The notes: generated by a model from the sequence alone, not told the origin. 64,000 nucleotides of DNA from an uncultured Verrucomicrobiae bacterium (GCA_963756875.1 CAVWPA010000001.1:512001-576000); one strand, 5' to 3'. Positions 18,822 to 29,224 are shown, numbered from the stretch's first letter. A program made the numbers and translations.

Positions 18822-20966
18822 CTAGCCACCGGCATGGGACGGCCCGGCCGGCACTTTCTTTTTTGCCGCGGCCTCGATGCCGAGCCTTTTCAGAAATGGC
18901 TGGACCGATTGAGGACGGCCGAGGAATTTTTCGATCGACACCTTAACGTCGCGCGAGCTGCCCTGCGCATAAATCTCGCGGCGCAATTTCATGCCGGCCT
19001 GCTTATCGAGGTAACCATTCTTCGCTTTTTCGAAAACCGTTGCCATGTCGGCGGCGATCGCATCGGCCCAGGCGTAACCATAATACCCGGCATCGTAGCC
19101 ATTCAGGTGGCCAAAATAGGTGACGAACGTTGTGCTCGGATCGATCGGCAGAAAAACCTTTTCCAGAATTGGATTGGAAATGCCGACACAATCGTACGGC
19201 TGATTTTCAGGATGTTGATCGTGCAGCGCGAGGTCGAGCGCCGCGAATGCGAATTGCCGCCGATAAAAAACGCCAGCCGTCGCTTTCTTGGCATCGTTCA
19301 TTTTCTTGATTGTTTCCGCGGGAATTTTTTTGGATGGGTTGCGGTAATCCGCTGCAAAAGTGTCGAGCACCTTCTTGTTCCAGACCCAGTTTTGAAGCAT
19401 TTGCGACGGCGCTTCAACGAAGTCGCCGGGCACATTGGTTCCGGCGAAACGGGCGTACCTTGCGCGTGTAGTGATGGCATGGAGCGCGTGACCGAACTCA
19501 TGAAACAGCGTCTCCACATCGGTATGCGTCATCAATGACGGTTTGTCCGCGCTCGGCGGCGGGAAATTGCAAAGCAGAGCGACTGTCGGGCGTTGATATT
19601 TCCCGTCTGGAAGCACCTTGCCGCCGATAATATCGAACTCGGCGAAGTGATTAAACTTTCCTTCCCGGGGAAACATGTCGAGATAGAACATGCCCAGCGG
19701 CTCGCCGGTGACCGCGTCGGTCACCATGTAGAGCTGGAGATCATCGACCCATTTGTACGGCGCCGCGATTTTCTCAAACTTCAGGCCGAAAATGCTCTGA
19801 TAGATATTGAACATTCCCTCGAGCACTTTTTGGAACGGGAAGTAAACGCGGAGCGCTTCGGTATCGACGGCGTATTTTTGTTTCTTGAGCTCATTGGTGT
19901 AATAACGCCAGTCCCACCAGTCGACAATCGCCTTGGGATTGTGCGTATTCGCCGCCTTCATTTTTTGGAACTCGGAAACTTCGGCCGCGAATTTCGGCTG
20001 AATGCCGGAGATGAGGTTGTTGATATACGATTTCGCGCCGGCGCCGGTCTTGGCCAGTTTGATTTCGGTCTGGTAATCGTCCCACGATTTGTAACCGAGC
20101 AGGAGCGCGATCTTGTTGCGCAAGGCGAGCATTTGATTGAGCACGGAAACATTGGTGTCTTTGGCAAGACTGCTGCGCGCGACGTAAAGCTTTTTGCGCG
20201 TTTCTTCGTTCCTGGCGTTTTCCTCGACGGTGACGTATTGCCACGTGACGTTTGCGAGCACGGTGTAGGCATCGTCTCCGGTTTTGACTCCCGGCGCGGC
20301 GAGAAAGCTTTCCGGCACGCCATCCAGCTCCGCTTTGGTGAAAACGAGCGGCGCTTTGGCGTTGACTATATTGGTGTCGAAATCTGTCCCCAGCTTCGAC
20401 AGTTGCTTCCGTAATTCTTCGACTTGCTTGCGTTTGTCCGGCGGAAGTTCCAGACCCGCGCGCCGGTAATCGCGCATCGTTTCGTCGAATAATTTTTTGT
20501 CTTCGCCCGACAGTTTCGGATGCGTCTTGGCGAAAGCTTTGAGCGCCTTGTAAACATCTTCGCGATAATTGATGCCGACTGCCCAATCCTGGAACTCTTT
20601 CACCGCGTTCTCAGCCGCGGCGCGCATCTTTTCGTTCGTGTTGGTTTCCTTGATGATCGTCGCCTCATTTGCGGCGTTTCCAGCCTGGTATGTCAGGTCA
20701 TCCAGGGCGACGATTGTGCTCTTGAACGTGACTTTGGCCGCGTCCTGCGCACCGATCTGGTCGAGCGCCTTGTTCGCCTTCGCGATGGCGTTCTTCATCG
20801 CCGCATCCACGGCCTCCGGTGTCTGCTCCCACTCCGGAAGCGTCAGGACATCGTTTGCCTTTGCGCCTGCAGCCCGAAAATTGTCAACGGTCTTTAGATC
20901 TGCCGCGGACAACGACCAAACGGACGTGGAAAGAGCAATCGATAGAAAAACGAGTAAGGATTTCAT
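18822..20966 (-). CDS. M3A family metallopeptidase (thimet oligopeptidase/oligopeptidase A-like)
   Basis: Signal peptide, FYLDMFPREGK, FHEFGHALH, DFVEAPSQMLQNW, GYDAGYYGY. Confidence 0.93.
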   Translation of the reverse strand: MKSLLVFLSIALSTSVWSLSAADLKTVDNFRAAGAKANDVLTLPEWEQTPEAVDAAMKNAIAKANKALDQIGAQDAAKVTFKSTIVALDDLTYQAGNAANEATIIKETNTNEKMRAAAENAVKEFQDWAVGINYREDVYKALKAFAKTHPKLSGEDKKLFDETMRDYRRAGLELPPDKRKQVEELRKQLSKLGTDFDTNIVNAKAPLVFTKAELDGVPESFLAAPGVKTGDDAYTVLANVTWQYVTVEENARNEETRKKLYVARSSLAKDTNVSVLNQMLALRNKIALLLGYKSWDDYQTEIKLAKTGAGAKSYINNLISGIQPKFAAEVSEFQKMKAANTHNPKAIVDWWDWRYYTNELKKQKYAVDTEALRVYFPFQKVLEGMFNIYQSIFGLKFEKIAAPYKWVDDLQLYMVTDAVTGEPLGMFYLDMFPREGKFNHFAEFDIIGGKVLPDGKYQRPTVALLCNFPPPSADKPSLMTHTDVETLFHEFGHALHAITTRARYARFAGTNVPGDFVEAPSQMLQNWVWNKKVLDTFAADYRNPSKKIPAETIKKMNDAKKATAGVFYRRQFAFAALDLALHDQHPENQPYDCVGISNPILEKVFLPIDPSTTFVTYFGHLNGYDAGYYGYAWADAIAADMATVFEKAKNGYLDKQAGMKLRREIYAQGSSRDVKVSIEKFLGRPQSVQPFLKRLGIEAAAKKKVPAGPSHAGG

Positions 20967-20982
20967 GGCTGTGAAAAACGTG

Positions 20983-21061
20983 GCCACAGATTTGCACAGA
21001 TTCCCACAGATGACAGAAGGAATTTTGCTGAATCTGTGCTTAATCCGTGTTCATCTGTGGC
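20983..21061. repeat. Short-period inverted repeats (CACAGAT / ATCTGTG units)
   Basis: gccacagatttgcacagattcccacagat ... atctgtgcttaatccgtgttcatctgtggc. Confidence 0.75.
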
Positions 21062-21100
21062 AATAAAATGCAGGCTAAAAGCGTCTCTGTCGGAAAGCCA

Positions 21101-21208
21101 TGTCATTTCGAGCGGAGTCGAGGAATCTCTCATTGTTGTCGGTGGACCCGGGTAGCAGTAAGAGATGTCTCGGTCCGAGCCGGACTGGCATATTCGCTCG
21201 ACATGACA
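21101..21208. repeat. Palindromic element family TGTCATTTCGAGCG-AGTCGAG-AATCTC ... GAGAT-TCTCG..CGCTCGACATGACA, with a nested insert
   Basis: Inverted ends tgtcat/atgaca; a single arm of the same family at 52168-52197. Confidence 0.75.
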
Positions 21209-21256
21209 AAAAGCAGCCTTTCAACAGAACCAGTAAAAGCGTTGCCCTAAGATTCC

Positions 21257-21829
21257 GTGATCGAAAAATTTCTGCTCACGTTCATTCCGATTTTTGTCGC
21301 CATCGATCCGATCGGCCTGGTTGCGCTTTTCATGGGACTCGGAACCGGCGCTTCATCGGAACATCGCCAGCGACAGGCGTTTCTTGGGATACTGACCGGA
21401 TTGTGCGTTGCGGTCGGGTTCATATTTCTCGGGAAAATCATTTTTGCGGCGCTGGGGATCACCGTTGCCGACTTTCAGGTCGCCGGCGGGTTGATCTTGC
21501 TCGTCCTCGCCGTGCGCGAGCTGGTGGGGTTTGGTCCGCATGATCGTGGCGGCGGCGAGGAGTTTGGAGTTGTGCCGCTTGGAATGCCATTGATCGCCGG
21601 CCCGGCGTTGTTGACCGCGCTGCTGATCCTTGTCGATTCGGTGGGGCTGATTTACACGCTTGCGTCGCTTCTGGTGAATCTGGCGCTGGTGGCGATCGCC
21701 TTGTGCAATGCCGAGCGTTTCGCCCGCTGGATGGGAAAACAGGGTTTGCGTGGGGTTTCGAAGATTATCGCTCTTCTTCTGGCCGCAATCGCCGTAAGCC
21801 TGATCAGACGGGGATGGAAGGGAATGTAA
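21257..21829 (+). CDS. MarC family membrane protein
   Basis: FVAIDPIG, FQVAGGLIL, VVPLGMPLIAGP. Confidence 0.92.
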   Translation: MIEKFLLTFIPIFVAIDPIGLVALFMGLGTGASSEHRQRQAFLGILTGLCVAVGFIFLGKIIFAALGITVADFQVAGGLILLVLAVRELVGFGPHDRGGGEEFGVVPLGMPLIAGPALLTALLILVDSVGLIYTLASLLVNLALVAIALCNAERFARWMGKQGLRGVSKIIALLLAAIAVSLIRRGWKGM

Positions 21830-21911
21830 GGCAAAACCCGACCCTTGCGACAGGGTTGACTCGTATTGTATAAAGCTCTAGTACTCTCCTCACATCCTGA
21901 GGGGGCTCCTG

Positions 21912-21939
21912 TTGACACGTCCGAGACCCTCGTTACTAT
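21912..21939 (+). promoter_or_regulatory. Putative sigma70 promoter for hpnH
   Basis: TTGACA-N16-TACTAT, ending 10 bp before the ATG. Confidence 0.5.
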
Positions 21940-21949
21940 CGTCCGCTCT

Positions 21950-23254
21950 ATGAGATTTCCGCTCGCCCTAACGACGAAAATCGCCGGCTACCTGATCGGC
22001 CAGAAGCTTCGTGGCACGAAAAAGTTTGCCACGGTGCTGCAACTGGAGCCGCTCCACACCTGTAACCTCACGTGCACGGGGTGCGGGCGGATCCGGGAAT
22101 ACTCTACCTCGCTCAAAGACATGATGGATCTGGAAGATTGCCTGGGCGCCGCCGAGGAATGCAACGCGCCGATGGTCTCGATTTGCGGTGGCGAACCGCT
22201 CATTTATCCCCACATCGAAGCTCTGGTGAAGGGATTGCTCGAGCAGGGCCGGATTGTTTACATCTGCACGAATGCGATGTTTATGCGCAAAAAAATGCGG
22301 GAATGGCTCGCCAAAGAATTGCGGAATGCGGATCGCGAATCGCGGATCGATTTGGAAGGCAAGATCGACAAGCTGGTCGCCAACGGGCTCGTGAGCGAAA
22401 AAGACGCGGCGGCAATCCGCAATCCGCAATCACCAATCCGCGATTGCACGATTGGACCGAGTAGATGGATGTATTGGAACGTGCATTTGGATGGGCTGGA
22501 GCGAATCCACGATCTGATTGTCGAGCGTGAAGGCGTGTTTAAGGAATGTATTCTCTCCATCAAGATGGCGAAGATCCTCGGTTACCAGGTTGCGACGAAC
22601 ACGACCATTTACAAGGAAACCGACATGCAGGAGGTCGAGCAGATGTTCGATTATCTCTCCGATCTCGGCGTGGACGGGCACACCATTTCGCCCGGCTACG
22701 AATACGACGCCGCCAAGAAAGACATGATCAAGCGGCTGAATCTGCGCCCTGAAAATTTCTTTCTCACGCGCAAAATGACAGTCGAGAAATTCCGAAGGAT
22801 GGAAGATTGGATGAATCGCTACACATTCTTCGGGACGCCGATTTATTTTGAGTTTCTTGCCGGCAAACGCGATTTGACCTGTTCCGCCTGGGCGATTCCG
22901 ACGCGGAACATTCGTGGCTGGAAAGGTCCCTGCTATCTCATGACGGACGCCCATTATTCGAGTTACGCGGAATTGCTCGAGAAAGTGCAATGGGAAAAAT
23001 ATGGCGTGGTCGATGGGGTGGCCCGCGATGCACGTTGCGAAAATTGCATGGTGCATTGCGGCTACGAGCCGACTGCAACCCTTGGCTTGCAGGCGCAGCG
23101 CGGGGACACCTGGAAGAACATCAAATTCAATTTCGGAGCCAAACCGAAGCCGACCGGAAAAGGAAGCGAAACTGTCGCATTTAACGGCGTGAGCTGCGGC
23201 AACGGACACATTACGGGCAAGCGCGCCGAAGCCGCTGCCGCGCAAGCGTCCTAA
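21950..23254 (+). CDS. hpnH: Hopanoid-associated radical SAM protein (adenosyl-hopene transferase, HpnH-like)
   Basis: LEPLHTCNLTCTGC CxxxCxxC, GGEPL, C-terminal CENCMVHCGYE; adjacent to shc. Confidence 0.88.
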   Translation: MRFPLALTTKIAGYLIGQKLRGTKKFATVLQLEPLHTCNLTCTGCGRIREYSTSLKDMMDLEDCLGAAEECNAPMVSICGGEPLIYPHIEALVKGLLEQGRIVYICTNAMFMRKKMREWLAKELRNADRESRIDLEGKIDKLVANGLVSEKDAAAIRNPQSPIRDCTIGPSRWMYWNVHLDGLERIHDLIVEREGVFKECILSIKMAKILGYQVATNTTIYKETDMQEVEQMFDYLSDLGVDGHTISPGYEYDAAKKDMIKRLNLRPENFFLTRKMTVEKFRRMEDWMNRYTFFGTPIYFEFLAGKRDLTCSAWAIPTRNIRGWKGPCYLMTDAHYSSYAELLEKVQWEKYGVVDGVARDARCENCMVHCGYEPTATLGLQAQRGDTWKNIKFNFGAKPKPTGKGSETVAFNGVSCGNGHITGKRAEAAAAQAS

Positions 23255-23322
23255 GATCGATCCGCCTTCGTTATGACTACGGCGTGACAAGCAACCGTTA
23301 GTTCATTTATAAGATCGACATC

Positions 23323-25317
23323 ATGAGTTCGTCCAGAAACGTGATTGCACTGCCGGGCGCTATTCCCGACCGCGCCGAGTCCTATTCCATCGACGATGCG
23401 GAGGTTTTGCAGGCAATCACCCGCGCACAGGAGAATTTGCTGCGGCAACAGCGCCCCGACGGTCATTGGTGCGGCGAGCTTCTGGTGGATAGCACGCTCT
23501 GCTCCGATTTCGTGGTCTTCATGCATTGGCTGGGCGAGGTCGACCCCAACGTGCAGTTGCGGTGTGCGCGTCATATTTTGAAACGCCAGCTTCCCGATGG
23601 CGGTTGGAATGTCTATTACGGCGGCCCGAGCGAGATTAATGCGTCGGTGAAGGCCTACTTCGCGCTCAAACTGGCCGGCTATTCGGCCGATCTGCCGTTC
23701 ATGCGAGAGGCGCGCGCCAATATCCTGCGACTCGGAGGCATCCCCTGCATGAACACTTTCAGTAAGCTTTATCTCGCGTTGCTCGGCCAGTTCCCCTGGA
23801 AATATCTTCCGACAATTCCCGTGGAAATGATTCTGCTGCCGACCTGGGCGCCATTTCACATTTACAAAATGTCCTCCTGGAGCCGGGCCATGCTCGTCCC
23901 GCTTGCGATCATCAATCATTTCAAGCCGACTCGCGTTCTCCCGGGCGAAAAGCAGCTTCACGAGCTTTATCCGCTCGGCACCGAGTATCACGACTTTCGG
24001 CTTCCACGGGACGAGCGTTTTTTCACGTGGCGCAATTTTTTCCTTCGTGTCGATAATGCTCTGAAGTTTTTGCATCCGTTGCGGTTTCGCCCCATGCGCC
24101 AGCGGGCGTTGGAAGAAGCGGAGCGCTGGATACTTGAGCGGATCGGTGAGGGGAGCGACGGCTTGGCGACGGTTTTTCCAGCGATGCTCAATTGCCTGAT
24201 CGCACTGCGTGCCCTTGGTTACCCGAAGAATCACCGGGTTTATCAAAAAGCGACCAAAGATTTTGCCGGGCTCTTTGTAGATGATCCGGAAGATTTTCGC
24301 ATTCAACCCTGTTTGTCGCCTGTTTGGGATACGGCCATCAACGTGATCACGCTGGCCGAGTCCGGTCTTTCGCCGGAGCATCCTGCGTTGCAACGCGCCA
24401 CGGACTGGCTGGTGAGCAAGGAAGTGCGAATTCGCGGCGACTGGACAGTGAACAATACGCATCCGGAAGCGAGTGGCTGGGCATTCGAATACAACAATAT
24501 CTACTACCCGGACGTAGACGATACCGCGATGGTTCTCATGGCGTTGCGACTCGTTAGGCCGCGCGATCAACGCGCACTGAGCGAGGTATTCCGGCGAGCG
24601 CTTGGGTGGCAAATCAGTTTCCAATGCCGGGACGGCGGCTGGGCCGCATTCGACAAGGATGTGACCACGCCCTGGCTTGAAGACATGCCCTTCGCCGATC
24701 ACAACGCGATCCTCGATCCCACCTGCAGCGACCTAACCGCGCGCACGCTCGAATTGCTCGGTTACATCGGGTTCGATCCGAAAGCGCGCTGCGTACGCGA
24801 CGGCATCCAGTATTTGATCGATACCCAGGAGGACGATGGCTCCTGGTACGGGCGCTGGGGAGTCAATTATATCTATGGCACATGGCAGGTTCTGCGCGGT
24901 TTGCGCGCAATTGGCGACGACATGACTCAGGATTGGATTTTGCGAGGGCGCGATTGGCTGGAGAGCTGTCAGAACGATGACGGCGGCTGGGGCGAAACCT
25001 GCGCCACGTACGAAAATCCGTCTCTCAAAGGTATCGGCGAGAGCACCGCGTCGCAGACGGCCTGGGCCCTCATGGGAATTTGCGCTTGCGGCGATCTCGA
25101 CAGGCCGAGCATTCAACGCGGTCTGGGGTTTTTGCTCCAGTCGCAAAAAGCGAACGGCTCTTGGGATGAGCCGCAGATCACCGGCACCGGATTTCCCGGC
25201 GTTTTTTACCTGAAATACGACATGTACCGGCAGAACTTCCCACTGCTCGCCTTCGCCACATACGTGAATTACCGTCGGGGCGTGGTTTCTCCGGGGTTCT
25301 ATCGCTGCGACTCGTAG
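23323..25317 (+). CDS. shc: Squalene-hopene cyclase
   Basis: QW repeats (QRPDGHW, QLPDGGW, QEDDGSW), YPDVDDTA DxDD, GRWGVNY, GTGFPGVFYL. Confidence 0.96.
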   Translation: MSSSRNVIALPGAIPDRAESYSIDDAEVLQAITRAQENLLRQQRPDGHWCGELLVDSTLCSDFVVFMHWLGEVDPNVQLRCARHILKRQLPDGGWNVYYGGPSEINASVKAYFALKLAGYSADLPFMREARANILRLGGIPCMNTFSKLYLALLGQFPWKYLPTIPVEMILLPTWAPFHIYKMSSWSRAMLVPLAIINHFKPTRVLPGEKQLHELYPLGTEYHDFRLPRDERFFTWRNFFLRVDNALKFLHPLRFRPMRQRALEEAERWILERIGEGSDGLATVFPAMLNCLIALRALGYPKNHRVYQKATKDFAGLFVDDPEDFRIQPCLSPVWDTAINVITLAESGLSPEHPALQRATDWLVSKEVRIRGDWTVNNTHPEASGWAFEYNNIYYPDVDDTAMVLMALRLVRPRDQRALSEVFRRALGWQISFQCRDGGWAAFDKDVTTPWLEDMPFADHNAILDPTCSDLTARTLELLGYIGFDPKARCVRDGIQYLIDTQEDDGSWYGRWGVNYIYGTWQVLRGLRAIGDDMTQDWILRGRDWLESCQNDDGGWGETCATYENPSLKGIGESTASQTAWALMGICACGDLDRPSIQRGLGFLLQSQKANGSWDEPQITGTGFPGVFYLKYDMYRQNFPLLAFATYVNYRRGVVSPGFYRCDS

Positions 25318-25460
25318 AGCTGTCGTTTCGTAAAGGCGACGCCCCGCCGTCCGGCATCCGGGAGGGCACCTTGTAGCCACGGCGCTCTGTCGCCGTGTCT
25401 TCACTTCGGGCCTCCGCGATGCGCCCCGACAGAGCCCGTTCGACTTCGCTCAGGGCAGGC
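25314..25460. repeat. Cluster of short REP-like motifs after shc
   Basis: gtagccacggcgctctgtcgccgtg (GTAG plus hairpin) and ttcgacttcgctcagggcaggct. Confidence 0.55.
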
Positions 25461-25536
25461 TTATTTGGCGGCTGCACTGTTTAACGCAAAAAATAAAACC
25501 TGCCGGCAAACGGAATTCGATCTAACAGTAGAGATT

Positions 25537-26136
25537 ATGGCTTACGAACTACCAAAACTACCCTATCCATACGAAGCGCTGGAACCGCATATCGATGCGC
25601 GAACGATGGAAATCCATTACACCAAGCATCACCAGGCTTACGTCAACAACGTCAACAACGCGATCAAAGGCAAACCCGACCTGGAGAAAAAATCGGTCGA
25701 GGAGCTGATCAGCGATCTCAAGTCGGTGCCGGAAGATATTCGCACCGTTGTCCGCAACAATGGGGGCGGCCACGCCAACCATTCCTTCTTCTGGAAAATC
25801 ATGGGCCCGAACGCGGGTGGCGAGCCAAAGGGCAAACTGGCTGACGACATCAAGTCGACATTCGGCGACTTTAACGCCTTCAAGGAAAAGTTTGCAGCCG
25901 CGGCGGGCGGCCGTTTCGGAAGCGGCTGGGCGTGGCTGATAAAGAACAAAGGCGGCAAGCTGGAGATTGTTTCGACACCGAACCAGGACAGTCCGTTAAT
26001 GGACGGCAACAGACCTGTGATTGGTCTCGATGTCTGGGAACACGCTTATTATCTGAAATATCAGAACCGGCGGCCCGACTACGTCAAAGCCTGGTGGAAC
26101 GTTGTGAATTGGGACGCCGTCGCCAAAAACTACTAA
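25537..26136 (+). CDS. sodA: Mn/Fe superoxide dismutase
   Basis: [44 protein letters not shown]; the NGGGH and NQD signatures favour the Mn type. Confidence 0.93.
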   Translation: MAYELPKLPYPYEALEPHIDARTMEIHYTKHHQAYVNNVNNAIKGKPDLEKKSVEELISDLKSVPEDIRTVVRNNGGGHANHSFFWKIMGPNAGGEPKGKLADDIKSTFGDFNAFKEKFAAAAGGRFGSGWAWLIKNKGGKLEIVSTPNQDSPLMDGNRPVIGLDVWEHAYYLKYQNRRPDYVKAWWNVVNWDAVAKNY

Positions 26137-26138
26137 GA

Positions 26139-26214
26139 ATGGAGAAATGGAGTATTGGAGTAGGGGAGTAATGGTCTTTCCATTTCTCCTTCACTCCATG
26201 ACTCCAACACTCTA
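26139..26214. repeat. Short-period inverted repeats (TGGAGTA / ACTCCA 8-mers)
   Basis: atggagaaatggagtattggagtaggggagta ... cactccatgactccaacactc. Confidence 0.75.
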
Positions 26215-26254
26215 TTCCTGATGGCGTGTCTTAAATTGCTGGCGGCGCTTCTTT

Positions 26255-26322
26255 CTGTAGCGGCGGTCTATGACCGTCGCTAGATTCGCTCGTGTTCCGG
26301 CGGTCGCAGACCGCCGCTACAG
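26255..26322. repeat. GTAG-type REP doublet
   Basis: ctgtagcggcggtctatgaccgtcg ... cggcggtcgcagaccgccgctacag. Confidence 0.8.
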
Positions 26323-26325
26323 GTG

Positions 26326-27561
26326 ATGGCGTATCTAAACGAAAATTATCTCAAGCTTCAGGCGGGATATCTCTTCCCTGAAATCGCGCGGCGCGTGCGC
26401 GAGTTTTGCGATGCGGATCCAGAAGGAGCCGGAAGACTAATCCGTTGCGGAATCGGGGATGTGACAGAGCCGTTGCCGCGCGCGGCAATCGAGGCGATGA
26501 AACGCGCCATCGAAGAACTCGGACATCGCGAAACATTTCGAGGATATGGTCCGGAACAGGGCTACGAGTTTCTCCGGTCGACCATCGCGCAGAAAGACTA
26601 TCGCGATCGCAAAATCGATGTCGCAGACGACGAAATTTTCGTTTCTGACGGGTCGAAATGCGATTTTGGCTACATTCTCGACATTCTCGGCGACCAGAAC
26701 AAGGTCGCGATCACCGATCCGGTTTATCCGGTCTATGTGGATACAAATGTGATGACCGGGCATACCGGTCCGGCTCGAAAAGATGGCAGCTACGAAGGAA
26801 TCGTCTATCTGCCGTGCACCGCGGAAAACAATTTTGTTCCCGAACCGCCCAGGGAACATGTCGATCTCATTTACCTTTGTTTTCCGAATAATCCGACGGG
26901 CGCCGTGGCATCGCGTGAGCAGCTTGCGCGCTGGGTCCATTATGCGCATGAGCACGATGCGTTGATTCTCTTTGACGCGGCCTACGAGGCGTACATTTCG
27001 GAACCGGAGATTCCGCATTCCATTTTCGAGATTCCCGGCGCCCGGGAATGTGCGATTGAGCTGCGCAGTTTCTCCAAGAACGGCGGGTTCACCGGCGTGC
27101 GTTGCGGCTTCACCGTCGTGCCGAAAACGCTGCTCGGCCGCACAGAGTCAGGGAAAAAATTGCCGTTGCATCCGCTCTGGAATCGGCGCTGGAGCACAAA
27201 AGCGAACAGTGTGAGTTATCCCGTTCAGCGCGGAGCGGAAGCATTGTATTCTCCGGAAGGCCGCCAACAGGTGCGCGGACTGATCGACCATTACATGGGG
27301 AACGCGAAAATCCTCCGTGAAGCTTGCGCCGAAACCGGCATGCTTGTTTTCGGCGGGGTAAACGCGCCTTACATATGGGTGAAAACCCCGAGTGGCCGCA
27401 CCAGTTGGCAGGTATTCGACCAAATGTTACGCGAGCTGAATGTAGTCGTTACTCCGGGAAGCGGATTTGGCGCGCAAGGAGAAGGGTATTTTCGCGTCTC
27501 CGCCTTCAACAGCCGAAGTAATGCCGAAGAAGTAGCGCGGCGGCTTCGAGCGCTGGCGTAA
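26326..27561 (+). CDS. dapL: LL-diaminopimelate aminotransferase
   Basis: [55 protein letters not shown]. Confidence 0.95.
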   Translation: MAYLNENYLKLQAGYLFPEIARRVREFCDADPEGAGRLIRCGIGDVTEPLPRAAIEAMKRAIEELGHRETFRGYGPEQGYEFLRSTIAQKDYRDRKIDVADDEIFVSDGSKCDFGYILDILGDQNKVAITDPVYPVYVDTNVMTGHTGPARKDGSYEGIVYLPCTAENNFVPEPPREHVDLIYLCFPNNPTGAVASREQLARWVHYAHEHDALILFDAAYEAYISEPEIPHSIFEIPGARECAIELRSFSKNGGFTGVRCGFTVVPKTLLGRTESGKKLPLHPLWNRRWSTKANSVSYPVQRGAEALYSPEGRQQVRGLIDHYMGNAKILREACAETGMLVFGGVNAPYIWVKTPSGRTSWQVFDQMLRELNVVVTPGSGFGAQGEGYFRVSAFNSRSNAEEVARRLRALA

Positions 27562-27569
27562 TTGTAATC

Positions 27570-27632
27570 AGGAGCAAGAGCAAGAGCATGAGCATGAGCA
27601 TGAGAAGGGTTTTCCTCCTCCTCCTGCTCATG
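27570..27632. repeat. Hexamer tandem repeats (GAGCAW) with a partial inverted partner
   Basis: gagcaagagcaagagcatgagcatgagcatgag ... ctcctcctgctcatg. Confidence 0.7.
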
Positions 27633-27714
27633 ATCGACGGAGGGTCCGACCGACATCTCCCCTTGCGCTACAGGCTCGGTAGGTAACATTCCCCTTTTTG
27701 GGAAAGAAGTCAGC

Positions 27715-28194
27715 GTGTCCGAATCGAAGCAAAATCTCCTCCAGCTCTATCGCTTTTGTTTTTTGATGCTGGCCGACGCGAGCAAGGCGGAGGAGGTTTT
27801 TCACGCTACGCTGCGACAAGCCGCACAGAATTCAGCGGCGGGCGAACCTCCTCGCGATCGCCTGTGGTTTTTCCGCGATGCCCGCTGGCGATGTCTGGAA
27901 GCTGGCGAACAAGGTCTGCAGGCTGAAGATGTCGAACTGGAGGAGGAGCAGATCGCTCCCTCGGCGTCGGCGCAAATCGAAAAACTTGAGCCGGCACAAC
28001 TCGCGATCTGGATTGCCGCTGCCTCGGATCCCCAGCGAACAGCGCTGGCCCTGTTCTATCTCGATGAATTCAATGACGCGGAATTGCTTTCGGTCTGCGA
28101 ACTGAAACCGGTGGAGCTGGCAAAATTGCTCTCGGAAGGACGCCATCAATTTCAAGCCTGGCTCAATGCGACAATGCCCGTTACCGAGACATGA
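27715..28194 (+). CDS. Divergent ECF sigma-factor-like protein
   Basis: LYRFCFLML..AEEVF (region 2-like), QRTALALFYLDEF (region 4-like); coupled to a downstream TM protein. Confidence 0.6.
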   Translation: MSESKQNLLQLYRFCFLMLADASKAEEVFHATLRQAAQNSAAGEPPRDRLWFFRDARWRCLEAGEQGLQAEDVELEEEQIAPSASAQIEKLEPAQLAIWIAAASDPQRTALALFYLDEFNDAELLSVCELKPVELAKLLSEGRHQFQAWLNATMPVTET

Positions 28195-28958
28195 TTGCCT
28201 TGTCCCGCCGCCACCGTTTGTTTCTCCAATTCGCCCCGATCAGTGAGGAGCGGGTGCGGGATCGCCGCATGCGAGTTGCGTTGCACCGCGCGCGCAAGGA
28301 CGAAGGATTTGCCGCGCAACAGAATTTCGATCGCGCGGTTGCGGCGCTCGTTCGCGCGATTCCGATCCCTCAGCCAATCACAGATTGGGTTCCGGAAGAG
28401 ACGCTCATTTCGGCGCCACAACGCCCATGGAAAAAATACGCGCAACACCCGGCGATTGTCGCCACCGCGATCGCCGTTGCGGTGATTGCCGGTGTCTTCG
28501 TGTTTCATGTGATCGACAATCTGAATGATTTTCCAAACGAAGATACCGCGCGAAAGTTGCTGGGAGTGGCAAGCTCGACACGGTCACTGGTTCTTGATCC
28601 GGTGAAGACGGATGCCGGAGAACTCGGCGATCTCTTCTTCATGAAATATCGGCTGGAACATTATGATGTGCCGCCCGAGTTCGCCGACTTTCGGACATTG
28701 GGTTACCGCGTTTTTCCCGATGAGGAAGCGCAGCGGGTCGCCCAGATCTGGGTAGTCGAGAAGCGCATGCAGTTTTTTATTTTTCGAGCCGAGAAAGACC
28801 CCAAAACAGGCGCGCCGCGGGAATTTTCAGGCTGGCGTTATGTGGAGCAGGAAGGATGGGCCGGCGTGATCGAAGAGCGCAACGGCATTTGTTTTATGGC
28901 GGCCATGCGCGGGCGGGAAAAAGATCTGGCGCCGTATATCGCGAAAAAAAGCGATTAG
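28191..28958 (+). CDS. Single-TM putative anti-sigma factor
   Basis: ATGA overlap with the upstream sigma-like gene, cytoplasmic N-terminus, one TM, C-terminal domain. Confidence 0.55.
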   Translation: MIALSRRHRLFLQFAPISEERVRDRRMRVALHRARKDEGFAAQQNFDRAVAALVRAIPIPQPITDWVPEETLISAPQRPWKKYAQHPAIVATAIAVAVIAGVFVFHVIDNLNDFPNEDTARKLLGVASSTRSLVLDPVKTDAGELGDLFFMKYRLEHYDVPPEFADFRTLGYRVFPDEEAQRVAQIWVVEKRMQFFIFRAEKDPKTGAPREFSGWRYVEQEGWAGVIEERNGICFMAAMRGREKDLAPYIAKKSD

Positions 28959-29030
28959 ATTCGGCTTTGGGAAAGCCGTGCAGGGCCAACGTTGACTCTT
29001 CGTCATAGGCCATTCAACTTTGTGCCGCCT

Positions 29031-29122
29031 GCCAGGGTGGCTCAGCGGCCTGCTCGCGAAGACTTTCGGAGTAGAGCAGCCCGAAAGTATTCGGGGTTGG
29101 TCGCGCGGAGTTTTGCCTGGTA
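29031..29122 (+). pseudogene. Degenerate copy of the adjacent tRNA carrying two hairpin insertions
   Basis: gccagggtggctcagcgg[cctgctcgcgaagactttcgga]gtagagcag[cccgaaagtattcgggg]ttggtcg...cctggta. Confidence 0.75.
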
Positions 29123-29141
29123 TTCTTTGAACGAAATTGTT

Positions 29142-29213
29142 GCCAGGGTAGCTCAGCGGTAGAGCAGGGGACTCATAAGCCCTTGGTCGGGAGTTCAATT
29201 CTCCCCCCTGGCA
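29142..29213 (+). tRNA. tRNA with CAT anticodon (probably Ile2/lysidine type; elongator Met not excluded)
   Basis: Acceptor stem GCCAGGG/CCCTGGC+A, D arm GCTC-AGCGGTA-GAGC, loop CTCATAA, T arm GGGAG-TTCAATT-CTCCC. Confidence 0.92.
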
Positions 29214-29224
29214 CTTTTTACGCA

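Noticed and set aside
23251..24702. Long antisense ORFs (e.g. 483 aa opposite shc, 420 aa overlapping the 44875 gene)
   Set aside because: Typical high-GC shadow frames over well-supported genes, with no motifs.
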